NCBI GenBank assembly: GCA_963820525.1
Contig: CAWGAA010000001.1
Coordinates: forward strand, 992,001 to 1,056,000
DNA from: an uncultured Spirochaetota bacterium
Lineage (GTDB): Bacteria; Spirochaetota; Spirochaetia; SZUA-6; Fen-1364
DNA: 64,000 nt
Direction: 5' to 3'
This document shows, piece after piece, positions 20,111-29,536 of this stretch. Position 1 is the stretch's first letter. Every line of letters begins with the position of its first letter. A model generated the notes under the pieces. The model worked only from the letters and a program-made list of their open reading frames with translations, was not told the DNA's origin and did not search any database. The position numbers were made by a program, and so were the translations under genes.

Positions 20111-21570
20111 TAGCGCATCCTCATGATGAACGAGCTGTAGACGACGACTTCGCCTTCGTAATCGGCGGTTTTGCCCCCTTGTATCTCAAAGAAGTATTTG
20201 TCGGATGCGAGCTGGCTGCCGGCGTTCAGAACCGGCCAGGAATTGCCGACCTTATAGCCCCGGTTGACCAGGTCTTTCATCTTGTTTTTTTCGATGAGGG
20301 TTCCGGACTTGGTGTTTTCCGCGAAGACGCGCACCGTTCGGCTGTCTTTGACCGTGACCACCAGGTCGTTCATCGTTGCCTTGGGGATGGAGACCATGCC
20401 CCACCAGTATTCGTTCTTCTTGGCTCCCGAGGCCTGGAAAACTGCGGGGCGGCTCTTTTTGGATTCCGCCGTACTTCCGGGCTGTGGATTGAACAGGCCG
20501 ATCATTATCGGCATGACGACCTTGCCCCTGCGTGCGATCTCCTTGGCGGTCCGGATCTCGGCATTGACCTGGGCGATCTTTGCGTCGAGGTCATTTTTCT
20601 GATCCTCGACTTCCTTGATCATGTCAGGGTCCATGGCCTGGGGATAGCGGGCGGCGAACCGGGTCATCTCGTTGTAGGCCGCCTCGACGTTGGCCTTTAC
20701 GGATTCCTGGTGCTTGGCGAGCTCATCGAGGGTCATGGTGCCGACCTTGCTCTTCTCCGGCACGCGGGCGAATTCCTCGCCGATGCGGTCCTTGAAGGAG
20801 TAGGCCTGCTCGCGCAGGAGTTTTTCCCTCTCGATGGCCACATCCTGACGTTTCTTGCGGAGCCTGGAGGCCTCCCTGGCGACGCCCTGATTCTTGGATA
20901 CCTTGGCACGGCCGGCTTCGTCCGCCAGGATGGTTTCCGCCTTGGCGTAGGCGCTGGAAGCCGCATCCAAGCCATTGATCTTCTCGTCGAAGGATACGGC
21001 TTCCCGGGCTTTCTGCAGGGTCGCGTCGGCGTCGACGTCGCGCTTACGGGAACTTCCGATCACGTCGATCTCCGCGCTCATCGAGGCGATCGCGTCCGTT
21101 CCGCCGAAGGTCTCGACGGCTCCTTTCCCCAGCTCTCGGGCGTAGGACAGCCTGTCCGCCGTGATGAGGGAACGCATCCTCCCCTCTGCCAGGGCGTTGC
21201 CGCTCGCGCGGATATCCTCGGGGAGCGCGAGATCTTTTGGAAGGCCCGCGAGGGCCTTCCGGGCCTTTTCATACGAGGCCAGGATTCGCGCCTCGTCACC
21301 CGGCTTCGCGGCCGCCGCATCGGCCAGGGACTTTGCACTGGAATCGAACGTGCCCACGTACCCGGTGTATTTATCGCGGGTGGGCTTGTCCTTGATCGTG
21401 CTCCAATACGGCGTCGCAGCCGAAGGATCTTTCTCGATCCAGGCGGCCGCACCCTTGGCGATTGCTTTTTCGTCCGGCGTGCCCTTTGAGCCGGGACCTT
21501 GAAGCGTCTCGCATGAAGCGAGAAGCATCAGGAGAATGGCGGCTGCCGCGGTGTATATCTTCCTATTCAT
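20110..21570 (-). CDS. Hypothetical lipoprotein (helical/coiled-coil body, beta-rich C-terminus)
   Basis: Lipobox LLASC; overlaps both neighbouring genes. Confidence 0.75.
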   Translation of the reverse strand: MNRKIYTAAAAILLMLLASCETLQGPGSKGTPDEKAIAKGAAAWIEKDPSAATPYWSTIKDKPTRDKYTGYVGTFDSSAKSLADAAAAKPGDEARILASYEKARKALAGLPKDLALPEDIRASGNALAEGRMRSLITADRLSYARELGKGAVETFGGTDAIASMSAEIDVIGSSRKRDVDADATLQKAREAVSFDEKINGLDAASSAYAKAETILADEAGRAKVSKNQGVAREASRLRKKRQDVAIEREKLLREQAYSFKDRIGEEFARVPEKSKVGTMTLDELAKHQESVKANVEAAYNEMTRFAARYPQAMDPDMIKEVEDQKNDLDAKIAQVNAEIRTAKEIARRGKVVMPIMIGLFNPQPGSTAESKKSRPAVFQASGAKKNEYWWGMVSIPKATMNDLVVTVKDSRTVRVFAENTKSGTLIEKNKMKDLVNRGYKVGNSWPVLNAGSQLASDKYFFEIQGGKTADYEGEVVVYSSFIMRMR

Positions 21571-23176
21571 GTAAAGCCTCCCTTACGAGCCGGAATCCGA
21601 CATCGACGTATCCCTTCGAAGGATCGAGATCGCGGCGGTTGGAAACGCGGAGATCCGTGGGGCCATCCATCCAGGATCCGCCCTTGACGATCATATTTGC
21701 GGTTCCCGCGTCCTTGCCCGCGTCTTTCGGGGTGGACGTCCACTGCCAGACATTACCGGCCATGTCGAACAGGCCGTATACATTCCTGCCCGCTTCGAAA
21801 CTGCCCACCGGCGAGGTGGCGCTGAAGCGGCCGTTTCCATTGTAATTTGCCCGTGCTCCGTCGGCGGGGCTCTGATCGCCCCAGGGGTAGACCACGTCCC
21901 GTCCTCCGCGGGCGGCCTTCTCCCATTCATCCTCGGTGGGCAGGCGTTTCACCACGCCAAGCTGCCGGGATAGCCAGGACGCGAAACGGTTCGCGTCCTC
22001 GAAGGAGACGCCGATAACCGGCTGATCGGGTTGGTTGTATTCGGGGTTGTCCCAGTAATCCGGGAAGGTTTCGGCTCTCGTGTCCTCGAGGAACATCTCA
22101 TACAGGGCATTGGTGACAGGGTAGACGTCGATAGTGAAATCCGACGTCTTTGCCTGACGCGGGGCTTCCTTCCTGGCTGCCCGTTTGTCCCGGGCCAGGG
22201 AGCCGGCGGTAAAGGAGCCGCCGGGAACGCGGACTTCGGCGCTGAAGAATTTCGCGACGTCATCGAAGTGGCGGTAGCGGAGCTCTGCTCGCGCGGCATC
22301 GTCGATACTCTTCAGTTCCGCCGAGTGGGGGGCCGACTGGGCGAAGTCGGTTGTTATCGTGACGCGGATGCCGCGGTTGCGGAAGGACTCTCCCGGCGGG
22401 TACTCGAGGACGGCCCTGCCGTCCGGTCCCGCGGTCGCGGGCGAGATGGAGGGTTCGATCTCTTTGGCCGTCCACTCGACGCGGAGCGGAAGGGAACCGG
22501 CCGGTTTGCCGTCGCGGGTCTGGACCTGGGCCGTTAGCGCCGTATCCTTGCCGATAAAGCCGCCCTCCGGGGTCGCCGTGATCGATAGTCCGGCCGTGAT
22601 CTCGCGGCAGAACGACTCGATTGTCGAAAATACGAGGGGAGATCCGGGGCCCTTTCCGGTCAACAGATCCGCGAGCCCTTCCTTGCTCAGGCGATCGAGC
22701 AACTCGCCCGCCTCGAGCATACGCTGCGCCAGGGGCAGACCCGATCCATCATTCAAAGCGGCGAGTTTTTGCATGATTCCCGTTCTGATCGCGGTCTCTC
22801 GGGCTTCCTCGTATTTTTCCCATTCCGTTGCTTTGATGCGGTATACGATGGTCGCGGAACCGGCGGCTTTTTCCTGTGCGACGGGCTTGAGCTCGGGAAG
22901 CTTGAAGACTTTCGCCGCCTCGGCGCTGATCTCGATGCGCCCTTTGCGGATTCCGTCACGCTTTGCCGACTCGGTAAGGGCGTTGGAGATCAGATCTCGC
23001 TTGGCTTCATCCGCCGCTTCGGAGGCCGATGATCCCGAGCCGAAACCGTAATAAAAGCCGTTTTCCTGTCTGACTTCTGCTGGGCTGACCGAGGCGCAGG
23101 AAAGCATGGTGAACACGGCTAGGCAGAGAGAAACTGTGCACGCCACGAAGAGGGTTCGTTGTGCTTTGGATTGCAT
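21563..23176 (-). CDS. Lipoprotein with C-terminal FGE-sulfatase (SUMF1/EgtB/PvdO) domain
   Basis: Lipobox MLSC; PVTNALY, QPVIGVSF, RLPTEDEWEKAARGG, NVYGLFDMAGNVWQW, KGGSW and GFRL motifs. Confidence 0.88.
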   Translation of the reverse strand: MQSKAQRTLFVACTVSLCLAVFTMLSCASVSPAEVRQENGFYYGFGSGSSASEAADEAKRDLISNALTESAKRDGIRKGRIEISAEAAKVFKLPELKPVAQEKAAGSATIVYRIKATEWEKYEEARETAIRTGIMQKLAALNDGSGLPLAQRMLEAGELLDRLSKEGLADLLTGKGPGSPLVFSTIESFCREITAGLSITATPEGGFIGKDTALTAQVQTRDGKPAGSLPLRVEWTAKEIEPSISPATAGPDGRAVLEYPPGESFRNRGIRVTITTDFAQSAPHSAELKSIDDAARAELRYRHFDDVAKFFSAEVRVPGGSFTAGSLARDKRAARKEAPRQAKTSDFTIDVYPVTNALYEMFLEDTRAETFPDYWDNPEYNQPDQPVIGVSFEDANRFASWLSRQLGVVKRLPTEDEWEKAARGGRDVVYPWGDQSPADGARANYNGNGRFSATSPVGSFEAGRNVYGLFDMAGNVWQWTSTPKDAGKDAGTANMIVKGGSWMDGPTDLRVSNRRDLDPSKGYVDVGFRLVREALHE

Positions 23177-23751
23177 AGTTCAATACTCCATCTAGGTTGT
23201 GGTGAATCCTATGAAAGGATTTATGCAAAAAGCATGCCCGAAATCCCCTTCCCCCAAAAAAACTATCAGTATGAAAAACGAGCTATATGGTTGAAACCCT
23301 TCGTTTTCTGAAGAATTTTGTCCCTGTTGAGAAAAAATGTCCCATTAGCAAGCCGTAGAAATTACCAATTTGAAATTGTGTATTACGAATTAAGAGAATG
23401 GAGCTCGAAGAACTCTATTACGTGGGTTGGACGGACGGCATCGGCATCAGGGTGCTGGTCGACACCATGGCTTCCGCCTTCGACCGAACATGGCGGCAGC
23501 CAAGGCAAAACGGAAATATAATGGCGAACCAGATGAGCTTGAGACGCGCGAGTTCTGGCATTGCATTTCCTTCCACTATTTAAAGATGGAATTCATTCCG
23601 CAAAAGAGTCAAGGCAGGCTGCGTGTACGCGGGGCTCGGTCTGCTCCGGAGGCGCTCGAAAAATGGAAAATCGTCCTTTTGACTATCATTTGGCTGCTGG
23701 GGCGCGGGAGTCAGACCCGAAGGTGATCGGGGAGATGGAAAGGGCGCTTTC

Positions 23752-24105
23752 TCAAATCTTCACGTAATTGAGCACTTTCTGCAATTTTCTTTCCACGACA
23801 CCCTCGATGGCATGCGTGTAGCAGCCCTCTTTCAGCTGCCTCTTGAACTCCATTTCCACAAAAGCGTAAAGCTCCTCCAGGGTCTCGAACCGATCCAACT
23901 CGATATGCATTGTTAGTTGTGCGAAATTCTTCAAGCAGGATATCTCGTTTTTAAGAAGCGCATTGTTCTCGAGGTAAACGTAGTTCGAGATCTCTCCTTT
24001 TTCGTATCTCTCCTTATATGTGCCCATCAACTGCTCGATATCCTCCGCCAGATCATCGAGCTCGCTGTTTAGGATGCGGATGAACTTCAGCTTTTTTTCT
24101 TTCAC
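23752..24105 (-). CDS. Hypothetical helical protein
   Basis: 117-aa ORF with natural composition (GEISNYVYLENNALL); GTG start. Confidence 0.65.
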   Translation of the reverse strand: MKEKKLKFIRILNSELDDLAEDIEQLMGTYKERYEKGEISNYVYLENNALLKNEISCLKNFAQLTMHIELDRFETLEELYAFVEMEFKRQLKEGCYTHAIEGVVERKLQKVLNYVKI

Positions 24106-24236
24106 GGCATATCCGGCCTACAGCCGGCTCTTTATATGAGATTATAGTTGGGAAAAATGATTTTTCCAGTGCCGCGCGCGAACAATGCCTCGGATCGCGA
24201 GCGTAAGGACGTCGCGCAGGCGGTGCGCAAAAAAAA

Positions 24237-24338
24237 GCCCGGCAACGACCTACTCTCCCACCCCTAAAGGGCAGTACCATCGGCGCGGCAGGGCTTAACT
24301 TCCGTGTTCGGAATGGGAAGTGGTCCCCTCTGCGCCAT
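24237..24338 (-). pseudogene. rrf: 5'-truncated 5S rRNA copy (displaced 3' fragment)
   Basis: 24231-24319 matches 32102-32190 at 86/89 nt. The match then degrades and the 5' strand of helix I is missing. Confidence 0.9.
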
Positions 24339-24534
24339 TCTTCTTTTGGGCGTGCCCCCGCGAGCCGGCTGCATTATGCGGTGGGTGTCCGCTCTCCAAA
24401 TCCCCGGCTCACGGGGTCGGGCTGCTTCGGGCTACGCTTCGCTTCGGCCCTTCGGGCCGCCTTCGGCGCCCTCCGCATCCCTCACGCGGAAGAAGCTTGA
24501 CCCGTAGCGCATTCCCCCTCTGCTCCATTCTTCT
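24325..24534. repeat. Structured ~170-nt element flanked by 20-bp direct repeats
   Basis: CCCCTCTGC(G/T)CCATTCTTCT at 24325-24344 and 24515-24534, with nested inverted repeats between them. Confidence 0.7.
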
Positions 24535-24729
24535 GGACAAGCCCCGCAGGGCCACTGATGCCGCGCCGAAGGCTGGTTGGCCAATCCGGCCTTCAGCCCC
24601 CGATCAGCTCTTCCCATCCCTTTTGGTCAGCCTCCATGACTGCCTTGCCGCCATCCCGGATGGCGGGCCTCTGGGAAGCGCATACCTGCACGGGAATTCC
24701 AGACGCCCGTAATGGAAGGGCGGCAGCCC

Positions 24730-25649
24730 TCATTTCACCCCCCTGCTCCCCAGGGGGATGCACAGATCCATTTCGCAATAATCGTCCCGGGCTATGGCGA
24801 AGTTGATGGCTTCCAGGTGATAGTCCCCGCATATCGTATGATTCGTGCGCTTTGACCATTGGTTGAATATGTATGTATACGTCTCACCCAGCGCCTCAGC
24901 CTGATCGTACTGGCGCTGTGGCGCCCAATATACTTGAAAACTGCGTATGTATTCGTCGGTATCGTGATGCCTGTCAGTCCGGGAGGTATGTCATCCGTTT
25001 TCCATACTTCAACTCCAGCGATATAGGAGAAAAAATCGGGAGATGGTTCCTTTTTCGCCACTCCCATGTACGTGAGGGGACTTTTCGCGTTGTGGACCAG
25101 ATGAGCGCTTGTCTCAAAAAAGCGATTCGCCAATGCAGAGACCGAGTTTGAACCGCTCAATTTGCCAGATTTGAACCTCTTCTTCAATCCAATCACGGAA
25201 AATGACGGCTTCACGATGAGTATGGGCTCGATGATAATCCCTTCAATCCCCGCTGCGTGGACGTTGCCTACATTGAGTTTGTCCGTTATGGCCACGGACT
25301 GCTTCCCGCAACGGAATCTGCCGGGGCTGACGCCGAATGCGCTTTTAAACGCCCGGATATAGGACTGTTCATGCTCGAAGCCGTACTGGAAAGCGACGTC
25401 GATTACTCTCAAATCCGAATCCAAAAGCTCACTGATGCTTTTTGTCAATTTCCGATTTCTGACATACTCCATCATCGAATGGCCGGTGATGGATTTGAAC
25501 ATCCGGTGCAGATGGAACTTCGAGAGTCCCGCATGATGGGACACGTCATCCAGGGTCTTTCTTTCATTGATGTTCCGCTCAACATATTCAACCACCGTCG
25601 TTATGACGTCGATGTATTTCTTTGTCTTCCTTACATTCGATCCTCCCAT
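24730..25649 (-). CDS. AraC-family regulator with GyrI-like effector domain, frameshifted near 24900; start uncertain
   Basis: TLDDVSHHAGLSKFHLHRMFK...YGFEHEQSYIRAFK HTH. After a frame change it continues as TYTYIFNQW...GDYHLE...DDYCEMDLCIP to TGA at 24730. Confidence 0.8.
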
Positions 25650-25708
25650 GTTTTTAGTATGGCACCGCCAAATGCCTCGCGCAAACTTTAAAAAGCAAGA
25701 ACTGTTCA

Positions 25709-26175
25709 CTGGCTTTCCGGCATCCGGGTGTCTTCAGCGCCACCTACGCTTCTTGTCCCGGGCTCCTGGCTCCCGGCAGTCTTCCCAAGGCGTTCAAGAC
25801 GTGGGATGACACCTTCAAGCGGGCCTATGCAGCGGCTTTCGCGCCTGATCCGGCAGCGGCCCAAAAAGGCAGGATACCTGCATTTGGAGGCACGCCGGAG
25901 GACAACAAGATAATCAGCGCCTGGGAAAAAGGGTTTGGGGATCTGGAAGGCAAGATCGACAACTATCTCGCCCTGCACACCCCCTAAAGGCCATCCGCAT
26001 CCGTCTGGGGATGGCGGATGGCTACAGCTGGATCCCCGAGGGTTGCATGTATTTCTCTGGCCTGCTGTATTCCCACCGGATCCCGCATGAGATGGACGTT
26101 ACACCGGTCGGGCACAGCTCTGGTCCGGCCAACGAGATAGCGCTGTTCTTCTCAAAAAGCCTCTCATTCGAGTAG
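25709..26175 (+). pseudogene. C-terminal half of an alpha/beta-hydrolase (esterase); 5' half missing
   Basis: Manual translation gives LAFRHPGVFSATYASCPG...AYAAAFAPD...[frameshift ~25980]KAIRIRLG..DGYSWIPEGC.YFS..L....IPHE.....GH...FFSKSL*. No start codon and no GxSxG nucleophile are retained. Confidence 0.65.
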
Positions 26176-26315
26176 GAGATCAGCGCATACGGCACGGCGC
26201 AAGGCCGCCCACGGCAGCGCCGTGCCGAGGGCAGTAATTCTAATCTTGGCGAAGGGAGACGGGGCGCGGCGGTCCGTGAGCTTGACCAGAGGCTTTCCCA
26301 GTGAAAAGATGGGGC

Positions 26316-26828
26316 ATGCCTACCCCAATTTCTCCGGACACCTTGAAGGAGTTATACAACTACGCCTGTTGGGCCAGGGACCGTCAGCTTCAGGCCTGCG
26401 CCTCCCTGACGCAGGAGCAGCTCCTGCGCCCGCTGGGGGGAAGCTTTACGTGCCTCCGAGATACGATCATGCACCTTTTGGGAGTCGAGTGGCTGTGGCT
26501 TGAGCGATGGCGGGGCAACTCTCCTCGTGCGCTTCCCTCTTCGGAAGAGCTTCCAACCTTGGATGCCATCCGCGAAAGATGGAAAGAAGTTGAGCGGAAC
26601 ATGAGGGCGTATTTGTCCGAGCTTGATGAAGATGCGCTTGTCAAAGTGGTGACGTACACCGGCACACGCGGAAACACATGGACCTACCAACAGTGGCGCA
26701 TGATCATGCACCTGCTCAACCACCAGAGCTACCACAGGGGCCAGGTAACCTCACTCTTGAGGCAGCTCGGGGAGAAACCTCCGGCTGTGGACTTTCTGGC
26801 CGGGCTGGATGCGGGCTTCAGGAGCTGA
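26316..26828 (+). CDS. DinB/YfiT family protein
   Basis: YNYACWA, RDTIMHL...EWLW and HLLNHQSYHRGQV motifs. Confidence 0.88.
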   Translation: MPTPISPDTLKELYNYACWARDRQLQACASLTQEQLLRPLGGSFTCLRDTIMHLLGVEWLWLERWRGNSPRALPSSEELPTLDAIRERWKEVERNMRAYLSELDEDALVKVVTYTGTRGNTWTYQQWRMIMHLLNHQSYHRGQVTSLLRQLGEKPPAVDFLAGLDAGFRS

Positions 26829-26837
26829 GGGGCTCAT

Positions 26838-27782
26838 ATGATCATCGCATGCGGCGAGGCTCTCATCGACATGGTGCCTCTTGCCGAAGACCCTACCACC
26901 TTCCAGGCGCGGGCCGGCGGCTGCCCGCTCAACACGGCGGTCGCGGCGGCCAGACTCGGCGCGAAGGTCGCTTTCCTTGGCCGCATCGGGGGCGACTTCC
27001 TTGGCGACAGGCTTGTGCAAACCCTCATGGACAACTCCATAGACTGCCGATACGTCGTTCGGTCCAGCCAGCCGACCACCCTCGCCTTCGTCCAGTATGG
27101 GCATGACGGCGAGCGTTATGCGTTCTACTCGATCGGAGCCGCCGATCGTTCGCTCGTGGCATCAGACCTCCCCGCCGATCTCGGCGCCGATGTATCGTTC
27201 CTGATGGTCGGCTCGATCTCTCTTTTACAGGAGCCCGCGGCTTCCACGATCGTATCCCTCGTGGAGCGGGAGTCGGCGCGGGTCTCGGTCTCGCTTGACC
27301 CGAACGTTCGTCCATCGGTCGTCTCCGACAGGAAGGCCTATCTTGAGAGACTCGAGCGGGTGGCCGCGGCATCTACTGTGATCAAGACGAGCGCAACCGA
27401 CCTCGCATGGCTCTTCCCCGGAGCGAGCGAGGAGGCTGCGGTCCAGCGCCTCCTCTCCCTCGGCCCGGCGCTCGTTGTCATGACGAGGGGCGGCATGGGT
27501 TCGGTCGCGCGGACACGCAGGGCCGAGGCCTTCGCGCCCGCCCCCCGGGTCAGCGTGGTCGACACCATCGGCGCCGGGGACAGCTTCCATGGCGCCATGC
27601 TCCATGCCCTTGAAGCCGCGGACCATCGCACCCGAGAGAAAATCGCCTCGATGGATGAGTCCGCTCTATTGAAGATGCTCTCGTTCGCTTCAGCCGCCGC
27701 AGCTCTCACCTGCACGAAGCGCGGCTCCGATCCGCCCACCCTCACCGAGGTCCGGTACTTCATGGATCAAGCCAGCGCGTGA
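26838..27782 (+). CDS. PfkB-family carbohydrate kinase (fructokinase-like)
   Basis: GEALID, GGCPLN.A..ARLG, DPNVRP and DTIGAGDSF motifs. Confidence 0.92.
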   Translation: MIIACGEALIDMVPLAEDPTTFQARAGGCPLNTAVAAARLGAKVAFLGRIGGDFLGDRLVQTLMDNSIDCRYVVRSSQPTTLAFVQYGHDGERYAFYSIGAADRSLVASDLPADLGADVSFLMVGSISLLQEPAASTIVSLVERESARVSVSLDPNVRPSVVSDRKAYLERLERVAAASTVIKTSATDLAWLFPGASEEAAVQRLLSLGPALVVMTRGGMGSVARTRRAEAFAPAPRVSVVDTIGAGDSFHGAMLHALEAADHRTREKIASMDESALLKMLSFASAAAALTCTKRGSDPPTLTEVRYFMDQASA

Positions 27783-28267
27783 TGGATGAAACCAGGTGAT
27801 TCCTGTCTTGCTCTGCAGCTTCGAAATCTCATGATGTGCGCGTGCACAAAAAAAGAGCCACGGCCGGTGTTTCTCACAGCCGCATTTCGTATCACTCGCA
27901 CATATTTACCATCGGGTGAGCCTTCAATAGAATACAGAGGATCATACCAAACTAAAGCGGCGAGCCGCACATTGCGAATCCGCCGCCACACAAAGGATTG
28001 ATTACGCAGCACAGTCATGCCCATTGCCGGTATGGCGGGCCCCTGCCTTGCTTGGTCAGGCAGGCGATGATCTTCTCAGCCGGATCGTGGATGACGGCGA
28101 TCACCGACATTCCTCCAACTCAACAACGTGCGGGCAAAGTTGATATTCAACAAGCCCTTCTCATACCATGGCGGTGCGGATGTTTCTGCCGGCAGCGAAA
28201 AAGCGACAAAGGGAGAACCATATGCACCATTGACCGGCACGCGGTCATCCGGTAGGCTTGCGCCAAC

Positions 28268-29407
28268 ATGAAAACTTTTCACGCCGCACGCCTGTTCGCT
28301 TGCTCGCTGGCTTTTTCTTGTCTCCTATCAGCATGCGCGGTGATAGACCAGGCCGTTATGGCCTATGTGACGGCGCCGGATGACCCCGGCGCGCCCGTTC
28401 TTGAGACAGAGCCTGAAGTGCTGCCCTTCTCCAATTCAGGAATTGCCGGAGTGTACCCGCCGGATTCTCCGGTTGCCGTCCATGGAAAGCTGAAGGTTGT
28501 TGGAACCCAGCTCTGTGACGAGAAGGGGAGCCCAGTCCAGCTTCGAGGCGTGATGTTTCGCGGGCTGAACTACGAGGCCAAGTTCATAAACCGCGAGACG
28601 ATCGGATATTTTGCCCGAGAGTGGAAAATTGAAGTGATGCGGGTTGCCATATGGCCTCAAGGAGCCCGCTGGGGAAATGTCGAAGAGCCGGGATACGTGA
28701 AGAATCCGGGGCTTGAAAAATACGTGGAAGATGCCGTTCGCATCACGGAAGAATACGGGATCTACTGCATCATAGACTGGCACAACCTCCTTGACGGAGA
28801 TCCCAACGCCTATAGGGAAGAGTCCAGGGCGTTTTTCAAGAGGATGACATTCCAGTATGGCGCCAAGAAGCACGTCCTCTACGAGATCTGCAATGAGCCC
28901 AACGGCGAGCGCGTGACGTGGGCCAGATTCATCAAACCGTACGCCCTCTATGTCATTCCGGTCATCCGGGCCGGGGATCCGGATTCCATCATCATCGTGG
29001 GCACGGAGCGCTGGAGCGCAGATACCCATCACGCCGCGGCGGATCCCCTGAAATATAAGAACATCATGTACACGTTCCACTTCTATGCGGGAACGTATCC
29101 CCTCCAGCTCACGGAGCGCCTCAGCGCTTCCCTGAAGACCATCCCGATATTCTGCACGGAATGGGGCCCCACGACATCAACGGATGTATGCGGAGCCGCA
29201 TTCCTGGACAGGACGACACCATGGATGGATTTTCTGGATAAGAAAAAGATCAGCTGGTGCAGCTATTCCCTGTCCGATATCCGTGAAACCACGTCGCTCT
29301 TCAGGCCTGACACCAAGCCCTCCGGAGAATGGGATGACTCCGCCTTCACGCCTTACGGAAAATACGTCAGGGACAGGATAAGGCTGCACCGCCTGAGCCT
29401 CAGATAG
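28268..29407 (+). CDS. Glycoside hydrolase family 5 endoglucanase, lipoprotein
   Basis: Lipobox LLSAC; HGKL.V.GTQL, IIDWH, YEICNEP (acid/base), HFYAG and TEWG (nucleophile). Confidence 0.92.
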   Translation: MKTFHAARLFACSLAFSCLLSACAVIDQAVMAYVTAPDDPGAPVLETEPEVLPFSNSGIAGVYPPDSPVAVHGKLKVVGTQLCDEKGSPVQLRGVMFRGLNYEAKFINRETIGYFAREWKIEVMRVAIWPQGARWGNVEEPGYVKNPGLEKYVEDAVRITEEYGIYCIIDWHNLLDGDPNAYREESRAFFKRMTFQYGAKKHVLYEICNEPNGERVTWARFIKPYALYVIPVIRAGDPDSIIIVGTERWSADTHHAAADPLKYKNIMYTFHFYAGTYPLQLTERLSASLKTIPIFCTEWGPTTSTDVCGAAFLDRTTPWMDFLDKKKISWCSYSLSDIRETTSLFRPDTKPSGEWDDSAFTPYGKYVRDRIRLHRLSLR

Positions 29408-29536
29408 ATTTTTCCGTGAAGCGGCAATGCGCGCTCTTGAATTCCTTCCCCGCTCTGATATAATACCGTCGAACGTCGATAGCCTTGCCCTAATTTTAGC
29501 GGAACAACCACGATGTAACATTCAAAAAAAGGGAGG

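Noticed and set aside
21563..21700. FGE/CLec-fold lipoprotein as a diversity-generating retroelement target (Treponema TvpA-like)
   Set aside because: No reverse transcriptase and no template repeat of the 3' region were seen in this window. A remote DGR cannot be excluded.
5354..22537. Long antisense ORFs (e.g. 5354..6430, 6563..7858, 18779..19993, 20179..21489)
   Set aside because: Shadow ORFs expected in high-GC DNA, lying opposite well-supported genes.
23318..23767. Short ORFs in the AT-rich region upstream of the lipoprotein operon
   Set aside because: No recognisable motifs or convincing RBS; several overlapping frames look equally weak.
25978..25991. CCCCTAAAGG match to the 5S fragment
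   Set aside because: It is only about 11 nt and lies within esterase coding remnants, so it is likely chance.
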